23,646 nucleotides of DNA from a bacterium (GCA_963624325.1 CAVFPH010000030.1:1-23646); one strand, 5' to 3'. Positions 12,955 to 21,225 are shown, counted from the first letter of the stretch. The notes: generated from the letters alone by a model not told the origin. Program-made: numbers and translations.

Positions 12955-14067
12955 TTAATCCTCAAAGGGGAAGTGATACTGGGTCAGGCCCAGTTCATCC
13001 CGAATCGTAATGATTTCCTTTTGTACGGAGTCATTGATGGGAACACCGGCAGCACGTGCCAGGCGGATTTCGTGCTCTTTTTCGCCCGCGGTATAGATCC
13101 GCTCACAGCCGGGAGCCTTCTGAGAGGCGCGCACGGCACGCAGGATATCGCCGGCCTTCTTGCGGCATACATCCTCGCCCATAAAGTGATCGGTATCAAT
13201 GGCAATGAAGAAATGGCCCAGATGATAGGGGCGGATATTGCCGTTTTCATCCTTGCCGTCCAGATCCTTGCCGTACCAGCCGTCCTGCAGCACTGCGGAG
13301 AGCAGCTCGATGATCATCGCATAGCCGTAACCCTTATAGCCGCCCAGCGCCTCGCCGATGCCGCCCAGGGTGGTCAAAGCAGCCTGGCCGCCGCGAATCT
13401 TTTTGAGTGCTTCGCCGGCATCTCCCGTTACGGGACTGCCGTCGCGGGCAATCAGGGTGCCTTCGGGAATCTCCTTGCCGATGCGGGCGTAATACTCCAC
13501 GCGGCCGTTCTGGATGATGGAGGTAGCGCAGTCAATCAGGAAGTTGAAATCCTCATCAGTGGGGATGCCAACCGTCAGGGGGTTGGTGCCGAACATGCCC
13601 TCAACGCCGAAGGTAGGGGCAACGGAGGGGCGGGCATTGGTGCCGGTCATGCCGATGCAGCCTGCCTTGGATGCCATATCCGCATAGTAACCCGCAATGC
13701 CATAATGGGTGGAATTGCGCACGGCAACCATACCCATGCCGTATTCCTTGGCCTTTTTGATGGCCATCTGCATGGATTTATAGCCGATTACCTGGCCCAT
13801 GCCGTGATGTCCGTCCACAACGGCGGTGGTGGGGGTTTCCTTGATAATTTCAAAATTCGTTACGGGGTTCTGGATGCCTGCCTTGATGCGGTCCAGATAG
13901 ATGGGCTTAAAGCGATTTACGCCGTGGGATTCAATGCCGCGCTTATCAGACTCCAGCAGCACATCCGCACAAATTTTGGCATCCTCCTCGGGAATGCCGT
14001 AGCCCTTGAACGCATCCACAACAAAGTTGGTGATGAGATCCCAGCTGACGATGTTGGTTTTTGCCAT
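12955..14067 (-). CDS. Ldh_2-family (type-2 malate/L-lactate/sulfolactate dehydrogenase family) oxidoreductase
   Basis: MAKTNIVSWD...LLESDKRGIESHGVNRF...AVVDGHHGMGQV...VAVRNSTHYGIAGYY...GTNARPSVAPTFG...FGTNPL...GGYKGYGYAM matches my recollection of the Ldh_2 family. The start is the ATG at 14067 (GGAGG 10 nt upstream); the track start at 14073 is a TTG. Confidence 0.85.
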   Translation of the reverse strand: MAKTNIVSWDLITNFVVDAFKGYGIPEEDAKICADVLLESDKRGIESHGVNRFKPIYLDRIKAGIQNPVTNFEIIKETPTTAVVDGHHGMGQVIGYKSMQMAIKKAKEYGMGMVAVRNSTHYGIAGYYADMASKAGCIGMTGTNARPSVAPTFGVEGMFGTNPLTVGIPTDEDFNFLIDCATSIIQNGRVEYYARIGKEIPEGTLIARDGSPVTGDAGEALKKIRGGQAALTTLGGIGEALGGYKGYGYAMIIELLSAVLQDGWYGKDLDGKDENGNIRPYHLGHFFIAIDTDHFMGEDVCRKKAGDILRAVRASQKAPGCERIYTAGEKEHEIRLARAAGVPINDSVQKEIITIRDELGLTQYHFPFED

Positions 14068-14110
14068 GATCAATACGCCTCCGTTCTAAAAAAGAATACA
14101 TAAATTTGCA

Positions 14111-14139
14111 GGAAAAGGAAATTTAATTTCCCATTTTCC
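14111..14139. promoter_or_regulatory. Nested inverted repeat just downstream of the Ldh_2-operon promoter (candidate operator or 5' UTR hairpin)
   Basis: GGAAAA-GGAAATT-t-AATTTCC-ca-TTTTCC has 7-bp perfect inner arms and 6-bp outer arms. It spans roughly +3 to +31 relative to the predicted transcription start site. Confidence 0.35.
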
Positions 14140-14148
14140 ACCAATAAC

Positions 14149-14177
14149 AGTATAACGGATTTTCAGACGTTTGTCAA
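14149..14177 (-). promoter_or_regulatory. Predicted promoter of the Ldh_2-malic enzyme operon
   Basis: The minus strand reads TTGACA-17 nt-TATACT. Confidence 0.55.
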
Positions 14178-14244
14178 TTCATTCTCGAAAATATCGATAT
14201 TATATTATCTTGCGCTTCATTCGAATGTCCGCTCGATGTTTTTC

Positions 14245-14273
14245 TTGACAGCGTGCTGACCCTGCTGTATGCT
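14245..14273 (+). promoter_or_regulatory. Predicted promoter of udk
   Basis: TTGACA (14245-14250)-17 nt-TATGCT (14268-14273), 31 nt upstream of the udk ATG. Confidence 0.55.
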
Positions 14274-14303
14274 AATAAGCAGAAATCGGAGGTGGCAGGC
14301 CAC

Positions 14304-14918
14304 ATGGTGTTTATTGGCATTTGCGGCGCAAGCGGATCCGGGAAAACCACCTTGGCAAGGGAACTGTGCCGGGCGGTGGGTGCAAGCAGTGCGCTGCTGA
14401 ATCAGGATGCATACTATCTGGATCATCCGACGCTGACGTTTGAGGAGCGCACAAAGTTAAATTACGATGAGCCCTTTATCTTTGATCATGACCTGCTGTA
14501 TCAGGATGTGCGCATGCTGCTGGCAGGGCAGTGCGTCACGCGCAAAGCGTACGATTTTACGCAGCACCGCCGCATGGATAGCCATGATATCATCCGTCCC
14601 GCCGATGTTTTAATTGTTGAGGGCATTCACGCTTTCTTTGACAAACGGCTGACCGATTTGATGTTTCTGAAACTTTACATCAATGTGGAGCCGGACATCT
14701 GCCTGCTGCGCCGCATCAGACGCGATATTCGGGATCGCGGCCGCCAGATTGAAAACATCAGCGAGCAATATCTGACAACCGTCAAGCCCATGTACGAGAA
14801 ATATATCCGCAATTATGTAAATGACGCCGATGTCATTGTAACCCGCGGCGGCAAAAACGCAAGGATTGTGGAAATTCTGGCGGGCTATCTGCGGGATGAG
14901 CTGAATAGAAAAAAGTAA
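14304..14918 (+). CDS. udk: Uridine kinase
   Basis: The P-loop is MVFIGICGASGSGKTTLAREL. Further Udk signatures are LNQDAYY, NYDEPFIFDHDLL, YDFTQHRR, LIVEGIHAF and RRIRRDIRDRGR. The start is the ATG at 14304, downstream of GGAGGTGG. Confidence 0.9.
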   Translation: MVFIGICGASGSGKTTLARELCRAVGASSALLNQDAYYLDHPTLTFEERTKLNYDEPFIFDHDLLYQDVRMLLAGQCVTRKAYDFTQHRRMDSHDIIRPADVLIVEGIHAFFDKRLTDLMFLKLYINVEPDICLLRRIRRDIRDRGRQIENISEQYLTTVKPMYEKYIRNYVNDADVIVTRGGKNARIVEILAGYLRDELNRKK

Positions 14919-14931
14919 TGCGGTATGATAC

Positions 14932-14975
14932 ACACCCGGCCGAAAGCAAAATTCTCGGCCGGGTGTATGTTTTTT
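14932..14975 (+). terminator. Intrinsic terminator of udk
   Basis: ACACCCGGCCGA-11 nt-TCGGCCGGGTGT forms a 12-bp perfect stem followed by ATGTTTTTT. It ends 4 nt before the convergent glgB stop. Confidence 0.8.
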
Positions 14976-14978
14976 CCT

Positions 14979-16940
14979 TTATTTTTCGGCGTTTTTTATT
15001 TTTCTGCGCTGCGGGCGGGTGTAAGCATAAATCACGGTGGACAATGGCGGCACCACAACAGATGCGCTGTAGGCATACTGACCACAGGACAACTTCTGCG
15101 CACGGACAGCATGAGGGTTGCCCTTTCCGCTGCCGCCGTAAAGCGTATTATCGGTGTTGAGCACTTCTTTTACATACCCATAGGCGGGCAATCCCACCCG
15201 ATAATCCATATAGCATGCCGGGGTAAAGTTGGTTACGCACATCAGGGCATTGCCTTGCTTATCCCAGCGCAGGAAAGAAAGAATGCTGCGCTCGCTGTCG
15301 TCGGCATTCAGCCAGGTAAAGCCCGCCCAGCTGTCATCCTGCTGCCACAGGGGCGGCTGTGCACGGTACAGGTCATTCAGCGCACGCACGCACTTTTGAA
15401 CATCCGGATGCCGCTCATATACCAGCAGAAACCAGTCCAGCTGATCCTCGTATTTCCACTCGATAAAATGGGCAAATTCCGTGCCCATGAAGTTCAGTTT
15501 TTTCCCGGGATGGCAAATCTGATACCCCAGCAGCATGCGAAGCCCGGCAAATTTTTGCCACAGATCGCCCGGATTTTTATCCAGCATGCTGTGCTTGCCG
15601 TGCACCACCTCATCATGCGAAAAAGGCAGAATATAGTTTTCGCTGAAGGCGTACATCAGGGAAAACGTAAGCTTGTCGTGGTGATATTTGCGGTAGACCG
15701 GATCGAGCTTCATGTAGGACAGCATGTCATTCATCCAGCCCATATTCCACTTAAACCCGAAGCCCAGCCCGCCGTTGTGCACGGGGTGCGTGACCTTGGG
15801 ATAAGCGGTGGATTCCTCCGCGATCATCATGATGCCCGGGCAGCGGCCGTATACGGTGGTATTGAGGCTTTTCAGAAAGGCGGCACCCTCCAGATTTTCG
15901 TTTCCGCCGTAGATGTTTGGCACCCACTGACCCGGTTCGCGGCAGAAATCATGATACAGAATGGCACTTACGGCATCGCAGCGGAGGCCGTCCGCATGGA
16001 ACCATTCCAGCCAGTAACACGCGCTGGCCAGCAGGAAAGAGCATGCCTCCCCCCGCCCGAAATCAAACAGTACCGTCCCCCACTGCGCCATTTCACTGCG
16101 TTTCGGGTCCTGATGCTCATAGCACGGCGTGCCGTCAAATAACCTAAGGCCGATCTCGTCCCGCGGGAAATGTGCCGGCACCCAATCCAGAATCACCCCG
16201 ATGCCCGCCCGATGCAGGCAGTCAATCAGATGCATCAGCCCGAAATCCGTACCATACCGCGCCGTCGGCGAAAAAAAGCCGCTTACCTGGTAACCCCAGC
16301 TCATATCCAGCGGATGCTCCATGACGGGCAGAAATTCCACATGCGTGTAGCCCATGTCCTGCAAGTAGGGCACCAGCTCCTCCGCCGTTTCCTCATAGGA
16401 ATAAAAAGTGCCGTCCTTGTGTCTGCGCCAGGAGCCCAGGTGCATTTCGTAAATATTGACAGGAGCGTGCAGCAAATCTCCCTGCTTCCGTTTGCTTATC
16501 CATGCCTCGTCATGCCACGGATATCCGCCGATATCGGTAAGCAGGCTGGCATTGGCCGGGCGAAGCTCACTGCCGAAAGCATAGGGATCGGCCCGCAAAT
16601 GCCACTGACCGTCCGCGCATAAAACAGCATACTTGTACGCCCGCAATTTTTCCTGCGCGCCGGGATCTGTGCGGCCCTGCGCCTGCGCATCAAACAGCGC
16701 GGCAGGCAGTCTCAGTTCCCAGGTGCCGTCAAACTGCTTGTGCATGGGGTAGTCTTCATAGTGCCAGGAGCAGAACTCCCCCGTGACGCATACACGCAGG
16801 GCATTGGGCGCCCAAACGGTAAATTGCCATTCCTGCCCGTCCAGCGTTGTTTTATGCGCTCCCATCCAGCGATAGGCATCATATCCCGTTCCTTGGTGGA
16901 ACGCCGTACGCCTTGCATCATCCGGCGGTGAATACAGCAT
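14979..16940 (-). CDS. glgB: 1,4-alpha-glucan branching enzyme
   Basis: 653 aa. GH13 branching-enzyme motifs are present: WAPNA...V.GEF..W, GVILDWVPAHFP, ADGLRCDAVSAILY, IAEEST, FKWNMGWMND, LPFSHDEVVHGK. Confidence 0.93.
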   Translation of the reverse strand: MLYSPPDDARRTAFHQGTGYDAYRWMGAHKTTLDGQEWQFTVWAPNALRVCVTGEFCSWHYEDYPMHKQFDGTWELRLPAALFDAQAQGRTDPGAQEKLRAYKYAVLCADGQWHLRADPYAFGSELRPANASLLTDIGGYPWHDEAWISKRKQGDLLHAPVNIYEMHLGSWRRHKDGTFYSYEETAEELVPYLQDMGYTHVEFLPVMEHPLDMSWGYQVSGFFSPTARYGTDFGLMHLIDCLHRAGIGVILDWVPAHFPRDEIGLRLFDGTPCYEHQDPKRSEMAQWGTVLFDFGRGEACSFLLASACYWLEWFHADGLRCDAVSAILYHDFCREPGQWVPNIYGGNENLEGAAFLKSLNTTVYGRCPGIMMIAEESTAYPKVTHPVHNGGLGFGFKWNMGWMNDMLSYMKLDPVYRKYHHDKLTFSLMYAFSENYILPFSHDEVVHGKHSMLDKNPGDLWQKFAGLRMLLGYQICHPGKKLNFMGTEFAHFIEWKYEDQLDWFLLVYERHPDVQKCVRALNDLYRAQPPLWQQDDSWAGFTWLNADDSERSILSFLRWDKQGNALMCVTNFTPACYMDYRVGLPAYGYVKEVLNTDNTLYGGSGKGNPHAVRAQKLSCGQYAYSASVVVPPLSTVIYAYTRPQRRKIKNAEK

Positions 16941-17022
16941 GGCGAGCCCTCTCTTTCGGTTGATTTTGCGTGTTTATGTCAAATTCGCAGCATGGCATTT
17001 TCTGTCATGCGCCGGTCTCTTT

Positions 17023-18477
17023 TCACAGGCAGGATCCCATGCAGTCAATCACATCTCCGGTCAAAGCGGAGCGGATGCCGTATTTCTCTCCTGCCCGAAT
17101 GCCGGCAAGCCCCAGCCACAGGCAGGCGGCGCGCATGGCATCAAATACAGGCAGACCCTGTCCCAGAAGAGAAGCCAGGATGCCGGCCAGTGCATCCCCG
17201 CTGCCGCCCTTGGCCAAGGTGGGAGAGCCCACCGGGTTCAATGCGGATTGCCTGCCGTCAGCCGTCAATATCACCGTAACGGAGGATTTAAGTACCACGC
17301 TGCATCCGTATTTTACGCGCAGTTTTTCCGCAGCACCCGTTTTATCCGACAGCACATCCGCAATTTTGCATTCAAGCAGCCGTGCCGCTTCCCCCGCGTG
17401 CGGCGTGATGACCGCATTTGCCCCTAACTTTTGCGGATGCAGGGCCAAGAGGTTCAGCGCGCCTGCATCCCAAACTTGCGGGACATTAATTTCCTTCAGC
17501 CGCAAAATATCAGCATAAGAAGCATCGTTTTCCGCAATTCCGCAGCCCAGCAGCAGGGCATCGCAGCGCGGAGAGGGATGCCCTTCCGCCGCAATGCAAG
17601 TGGCATTAGGGACAGATTGCTGCAGAATCGGTATGATCTCACGCGGGCAGATTACGCTTGTCAGTCCCGCCCCCGCACGCAGTGCCGCCCGCGCTGCCAT
17701 GGCAGCTGCGCCTGCCATGCCGAGGCTTCCGGCATATATCACCGTCCTGCCGCAGTCTCCTTTATGCGCAGATACGGATCTTGCGGGCAGCAAAGAGGGC
17801 AAGTCGCTTTCTTCCGATACTGTCATACCCTCCGAATGGTCAAAAGCGGCAGGCAGTCCGATGGACGCAGCCGTGATTTTCCCCACCCAATCGCGGTGTT
17901 CGGTCAGGTACAGCCCAGCCTTGGGGCGGTGGAATGTGACCGTGCGGGATGCATGTGCGCAGGCTCCCGTCACAGCCCCCGTCGCCGCGTCCATGCCGCT
18001 TGGAACATCCACGGAAAGCACCGTTTTGCAGGCATTGCAAAGGGCAATCATGCGCCCGGCAAGGGAATCCTCCGCAATCATTCCCGTAAATCCCGTGCCG
18101 AACAGCGCATCTACCGCCGCATCGCAGGGCATCGGTTCTGTTTTTTCGGAAGCATTTTCAACGGATGCGCCCATTGCCCGCAGATGGTCTGCATTTTCCC
18201 GGGCTTCATTTGTTTTCGGGGCGGAAAGCAGGATGATCCTTGCCTGTCCGCCGGCAAGCAGGAAGTGTCTGGCCATCGCCAGTCCGTCGCCGCCGTTGTT
18301 GCCCGGGCCGCACAGAAACAGCACGGTTTTCCCGCGGCATTCCCCGCCCAGCATATCCGTAAGCACATGAAATGCCGCAAGGGCGGCTGTCTCCATGGTA
18401 AGCAGGGGGGATAATCCCGCATCAAAGGCCGCCTGCTCTGCAGCACGCATTTGATCGGGCAAAATCGTACGAAGCAT
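17023..18477 (-). CDS. nnr: Bifunctional NAD(P)H-hydrate repair enzyme (epimerase / ADP-dependent dehydratase)
   Basis: 484 aa. The N-terminal YjeF_N domain carries LFLCGPGNNGGDGLAMARHF. The C-terminal carbohydrate-kinase domain carries TPHAGEAARL and KGGSGDALAGILASLLGQG. The ATG abuts the acpS stop (TGAATG). Confidence 0.9.
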   Translation of the reverse strand: MLRTILPDQMRAAEQAAFDAGLSPLLTMETAALAAFHVLTDMLGGECRGKTVLFLCGPGNNGGDGLAMARHFLLAGGQARIILLSAPKTNEARENADHLRAMGASVENASEKTEPMPCDAAVDALFGTGFTGMIAEDSLAGRMIALCNACKTVLSVDVPSGMDAATGAVTGACAHASRTVTFHRPKAGLYLTEHRDWVGKITAASIGLPAAFDHSEGMTVSEESDLPSLLPARSVSAHKGDCGRTVIYAGSLGMAGAAAMAARAALRAGAGLTSVICPREIIPILQQSVPNATCIAAEGHPSPRCDALLLGCGIAENDASYADILRLKEINVPQVWDAGALNLLALHPQKLGANAVITPHAGEAARLLECKIADVLSDKTGAAEKLRVKYGCSVVLKSSVTVILTADGRQSALNPVGSPTLAKGGSGDALAGILASLLGQGLPVFDAMRAACLWLGLAGIRAGEKYGIRSALTGDVIDCMGSCL

Positions 18478-18849
18478 TCAGTCCTCCTCCAGCACAGCCG
18501 TTGCCATGGCATAATCGCCGTCATGCGAAATGCTCAAAAAAGCGCGGTTTGCCCCGCGCGCATGCAGAGCATTCAATACCTTCTCGTTCATTCGATATAT
18601 CGGCGCGCCGCAGTCATCATGCGCAATTTCCACATTGGCAGGAGAAAGCATGCCAAAGCCCGTTCCAATGGCCTTGACCAGCGCCTCCTTTGCGGCAAAA
18701 ATGCCTGCCGCCGTCTGCGCACTGCGGGCACGCGCCGCAATATAGGCACGCTCCTCCGCCGTAAAATAGCGTTGCAGGAAGCGTTCGTCCCCGATGATTT
18801 TTTCCATGCGCGGTATTGCGCACAGGTCACACCCCAGCCCGCGAATCAT
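18478..18849 (-). CDS. acpS: Holo-[acyl-carrier-protein] synthase
   Basis: 123 aa: MIRGLGCDLCAIPRMEKII...RYFTAEERAY...FAAKEALVKAIGTG...ISHDGDYAMATAVLE, typical of AcpS. The ATG at 18849 overlaps the upstream stop (ATGA). The track ORF extension to 19152 lies inside the peptidase gene in another frame. Confidence 0.88.
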   Translation of the reverse strand: MIRGLGCDLCAIPRMEKIIGDERFLQRYFTAEERAYIAARARSAQTAAGIFAAKEALVKAIGTGFGMLSPANVEIAHDDCGAPIYRMNEKVLNALHARGANRAFLSISHDGDYAMATAVLEED

Positions 18850-19814
18850 GCGTCCAAAGAAAAGAGAATCGCGTTGGCGATGGCACGGGCGGTCACCTCG
18901 GCTGCGGCAGCGCAGAGCTTTACAAAGTTGATATCGCTCTTCACCTTGCCCGTAGCCAGGGCAAACATGGTATCGCCGTCCATTTGGGTATGCACCGGAC
19001 GGATGGTGCGTGCCAGACCATCGTGCGCCACATCGGCCAGACGATTGGCCTGCTCCTTGGTCAGGGGGCAATCCACCGCCACCACGCCGATGGTGGTATT
19101 GCTGCCGGGAGCCGGGATATGCAGCTGCTGCGGGGCAGGGGACTGGCCGCACAGCAAGCCTTCTGCGCGCACGCGTGTGCCGTCATCCATGCTGGCACAG
19201 GCAATGCATTCCCCCGTTGCGGGATGATAAACATCCCCCACCGCGTTGACGGCCGCCACCGCGCCCACCGTAATGCCCTCCGGCAGGGTGATGCTTGCAC
19301 TGCCTACCCCGCTTTGCTGGGGATGTGCGCCGACTACCAGCTTTCCCACCGTGGCGCCGCAGCCCGCGCCCACGCAGCCCTGCGTCATGCCCTTGGCAGC
19401 GTTCATGCAGGCAGACATGCCCATGGCGGCATCCGGGCGGACAGTGTTATCCCCCACACCTAAATCGTAGAGCACTGCAGCAGGGACAATGGGCACGCGC
19501 ACGCCGCCCATATCCAGCCCGACACCCATCTGCTCCAAATACCGCATGACCCCGTCCGCGGATGCCAAGCCATAGGCACTGCCGCCCGAAAGCACCACCG
19601 CGTGAACACGCTCCACCAGGTTTCCCGGGCGAAGCAGATCCGTCTCGCGCGTACCGGGCGCCGCGCCGCGCACGGAAACCCCGCCCACAGCGCCTTCCGC
19701 CTGCGGCAATACCACGGTAACGCCGGTCATGGACTGCGTATTTTGTGCCTGTCCTACGCGGATGCCGTGTACATGGGTAATATCTCCGGGGAACGGACGA
19801 TAAATGTTGGCCAT
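18846..19814 (-). CDS. P1-family (S58, DmpA/BapA-like) aminopeptidase
   Basis: 322 aa: ITHVHGIRVGQA...TGVTVVL...GAAPGTRETDLL...VVLSGGSAYGL...PIVPAAVLYDL...GSNTTIGVVAVD. The last block carries the N-T-T self-processing and nucleophile motif. AGAGGTG lies 8 nt upstream. Confidence 0.85.
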   Translation of the reverse strand: MANIYRPFPGDITHVHGIRVGQAQNTQSMTGVTVVLPQAEGAVGGVSVRGAAPGTRETDLLRPGNLVERVHAVVLSGGSAYGLASADGVMRYLEQMGVGLDMGGVRVPIVPAAVLYDLGVGDNTVRPDAAMGMSACMNAAKGMTQGCVGAGCGATVGKLVVGAHPQQSGVGSASITLPEGITVGAVAAVNAVGDVYHPATGECIACASMDDGTRVRAEGLLCGQSPAPQQLHIPAPGSNTTIGVVAVDCPLTKEQANRLADVAHDGLARTIRPVHTQMDGDTMFALATGKVKSDINFVKLCAAAAEVTARAIANAILFSLDA

Positions 19815-19829
19815 GAAATTTACACCTCT

Positions 19830-20756
19830 TTATTGCATACGGCTGTTCAGCCACCCGATCAGATCGCTTGTGATTTCGTCGCGGTTAATCTCGTTAAACA
19901 GCTCATGCCGTGCGCCGGCATACAGCCGGACCGTTACATCCCGCACTCCCGCATCCCGAAACTGCTGTGCCACGGTATTCACGCCTTTTCCCTGTGCGCC
20001 CACGGGATCGGCATCCCCTGCGATAAACAGGACAGGCAAATCCCCGGGCATGGCGCTCAAGCGGTGCAGCTGCGACAGTGCTTTCAGCCCTGTAAACATA
20101 TCATAATATCCGCGCGCTGTAAACAGGAAACCGCAGCGAGGATCGGCACAATATTTGTCCACCTCGGCCGTGTCGCGGCTGAGCCAGTCAAATTGCGTAC
20201 GAACAGTGGAAAATCCTTTGTTGTTGTCCTTGGACATCAAGCGATCTACCAGCGGCGCGGGCTTCTGCCAGCCGCCGAAAATGCCGCAAAGCGCGGCAGC
20301 CGCTTGGGCAGCGCTGCACAAAGGGCCCGGATACCAGCCCGTGCCGCAAATGACGGCAGCAGTCAGATCTCCGCCGTAGCGCAGCAGATATTCACGGGCG
20401 ACAAAGCTGCCCATGCTGTGCCCCAGGACGGCAAAGCGCTGCCCCGGGAACCTTTCCAGCAGCATGTTGTGCACCGTATGCGCATCCTCCACCAGGTGAT
20501 TCCAGCCGTCCTTGGCGCCGAAATAGCCCAGCTCCTCCTCCCGGGCATCTTCTCCGTGGCCCAAATGGCTGTGCCCGGCCACAGCATACCCGGCCTCGCA
20601 CAGTGCCCGGGCCAGACGGTCATAGCGGGCAATGTGCTCCGCCATGCCGTGTATCAGTTGAACAACACCGCGGCAGGGAATATCGGGCTGCCAAAGATAT
20701 AAGGTAAGCGGACGATCCGCAACAGACTTAAATGGTATCTTTTCAAGCTGAATCAT
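19830..20756 (-). CDS. alpha/beta hydrolase (lysophospholipase / monoacylglycerol-lipase-like, Hydrolase_4 type)
   Basis: 308 aa: VQLIHGMAEHIARYDRLARAL...GHSHLGHG...FAVLGHSMGSFVA (GHSMG nucleophile elbow)...FIAGDADPV...GARHELFNE (catalytic His region). AAAGGAG lies 9 nt upstream of the ATG. Confidence 0.85.
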   Translation of the reverse strand: MIQLEKIPFKSVADRPLTLYLWQPDIPCRGVVQLIHGMAEHIARYDRLARALCEAGYAVAGHSHLGHGEDAREEELGYFGAKDGWNHLVEDAHTVHNMLLERFPGQRFAVLGHSMGSFVAREYLLRYGGDLTAAVICGTGWYPGPLCSAAQAAAALCGIFGGWQKPAPLVDRLMSKDNNKGFSTVRTQFDWLSRDTAEVDKYCADPRCGFLFTARGYYDMFTGLKALSQLHRLSAMPGDLPVLFIAGDADPVGAQGKGVNTVAQQFRDAGVRDVTVRLYAGARHELFNEINRDEITSDLIGWLNSRMQ

Positions 20757-20924
20757 AAAAAGCAGCTCCTTTCAAGGCGAAATACGTCTTTCTTTTACAT
20801 GCCTGTATTTTACCACAACCTTCCCCAAAAGTACATGAGTATTTGTTGCTCTATCCGTTATTTGCAAAGCATTTTTGCGGACAATGCAATTTTTGTTATA
20901 TCTGCTTCTTATTTGAATTTATTC

Positions 20925-20953
20925 TTTACAAATGCGGCATATTTGCATATAAT
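20925..20953 (+). promoter_or_regulatory. Predicted promoter of the leuS T-box leader
   Basis: TTTACA (20925-20930)-17 nt-TATAAT (20948-20953). It implies a leader of about 265 nt, typical of T-box RNAs. Confidence 0.55.
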
Positions 20954-20959
20954 GTTAAC

Positions 20960-21210
20960 TGATATCGGCTGTGAAGGAGAACGCATGCCATGCGCGCGCA
21001 TAGAGAGCCGCCCGGCGGGTGAAAGGGCGGAGGCGCGGTGGAATGCCGCTCGCTCCGGAGCCTGCGTGCCAAGGGGCTGCTTGCCCTCAAGCCGCACGGG
21101 TGCGCCCGTTACAGTGCACAGAGTGGCGGCATGCAAATGCCGCAAGCAAAGTGGTACCGCGAAACCGCCGTTTCGTCTTTGTCATGCAGGGACGGGGCGG
21201 CTTGATTTAT
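20960..21210 (+). promoter_or_regulatory. T-box riboswitch (tRNA-Leu-sensing leader) with terminator
   Basis: Elements appear in canonical order:
- AG bulge AGAGAG (21002-21007).
- Distal loop GGCGGGUGAAA closed by CCGCCC/GGGCGG.
- Stem I 3' strand ending CUCCGGAGCC.
- F-box-like CCCGUUACAG (21105-21114).
- Stem III GCGGCAU-gcaa-AUGCCGC.
- T-box AAAGUGGUACCGCG (21148-21161).
- Terminator CCGCCGUUUCGUC...GACGGGGCGG + UUGAUUUAU (21165-21210).
The probable specifier is CUC at 21049-21051, followed by G. Confidence 0.85.
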
Positions 21211-21225
21211 GTAAGGAGGCATTCC

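Noticed and set aside
11568-14103. Two long + strand ORFs (11568-13010, 480 aa; 12973-14103, 376 aa)
   Set aside because: They mirror the malic enzyme and Ldh_2 genes, both of which have strong family signatures, RBSs, and a shared promoter and terminator. The + ORFs are Gly/Ala/His/Asp-rich with no motifs.
14925-16142. 405-aa + strand ORF inside glgB. Similar antisense ORFs occur at 17431-18414, 17594-18370, 19602-20702, 7710-8654, 8630-9583, 9516-10442, 1176-2264 and 40-690.
   Set aside because: Each lies antisense to a confidently identified gene, lacks an RBS or promoter, and translates to low-complexity sequence.
16941-17022. The nnr-glgB intergenic region, examined for a terminator or promoter
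   Set aside because: I found only an imperfect hairpin (GCATGaCA-gaaaa-TGcCATGC) without a U-tract, and a TTGACA without a matching -10. That is insufficient to call either feature.
21019-21225. N-terminal extension of the leuS ORF (track start at 21019)
   Set aside because: This stretch is the T-box leader, containing the T-box sequence and terminator. The ATG at 21226 has a perfect AAGGAGG, and the protein from there aligns with the LeuRS N-terminus ([15 protein letters not shown]).
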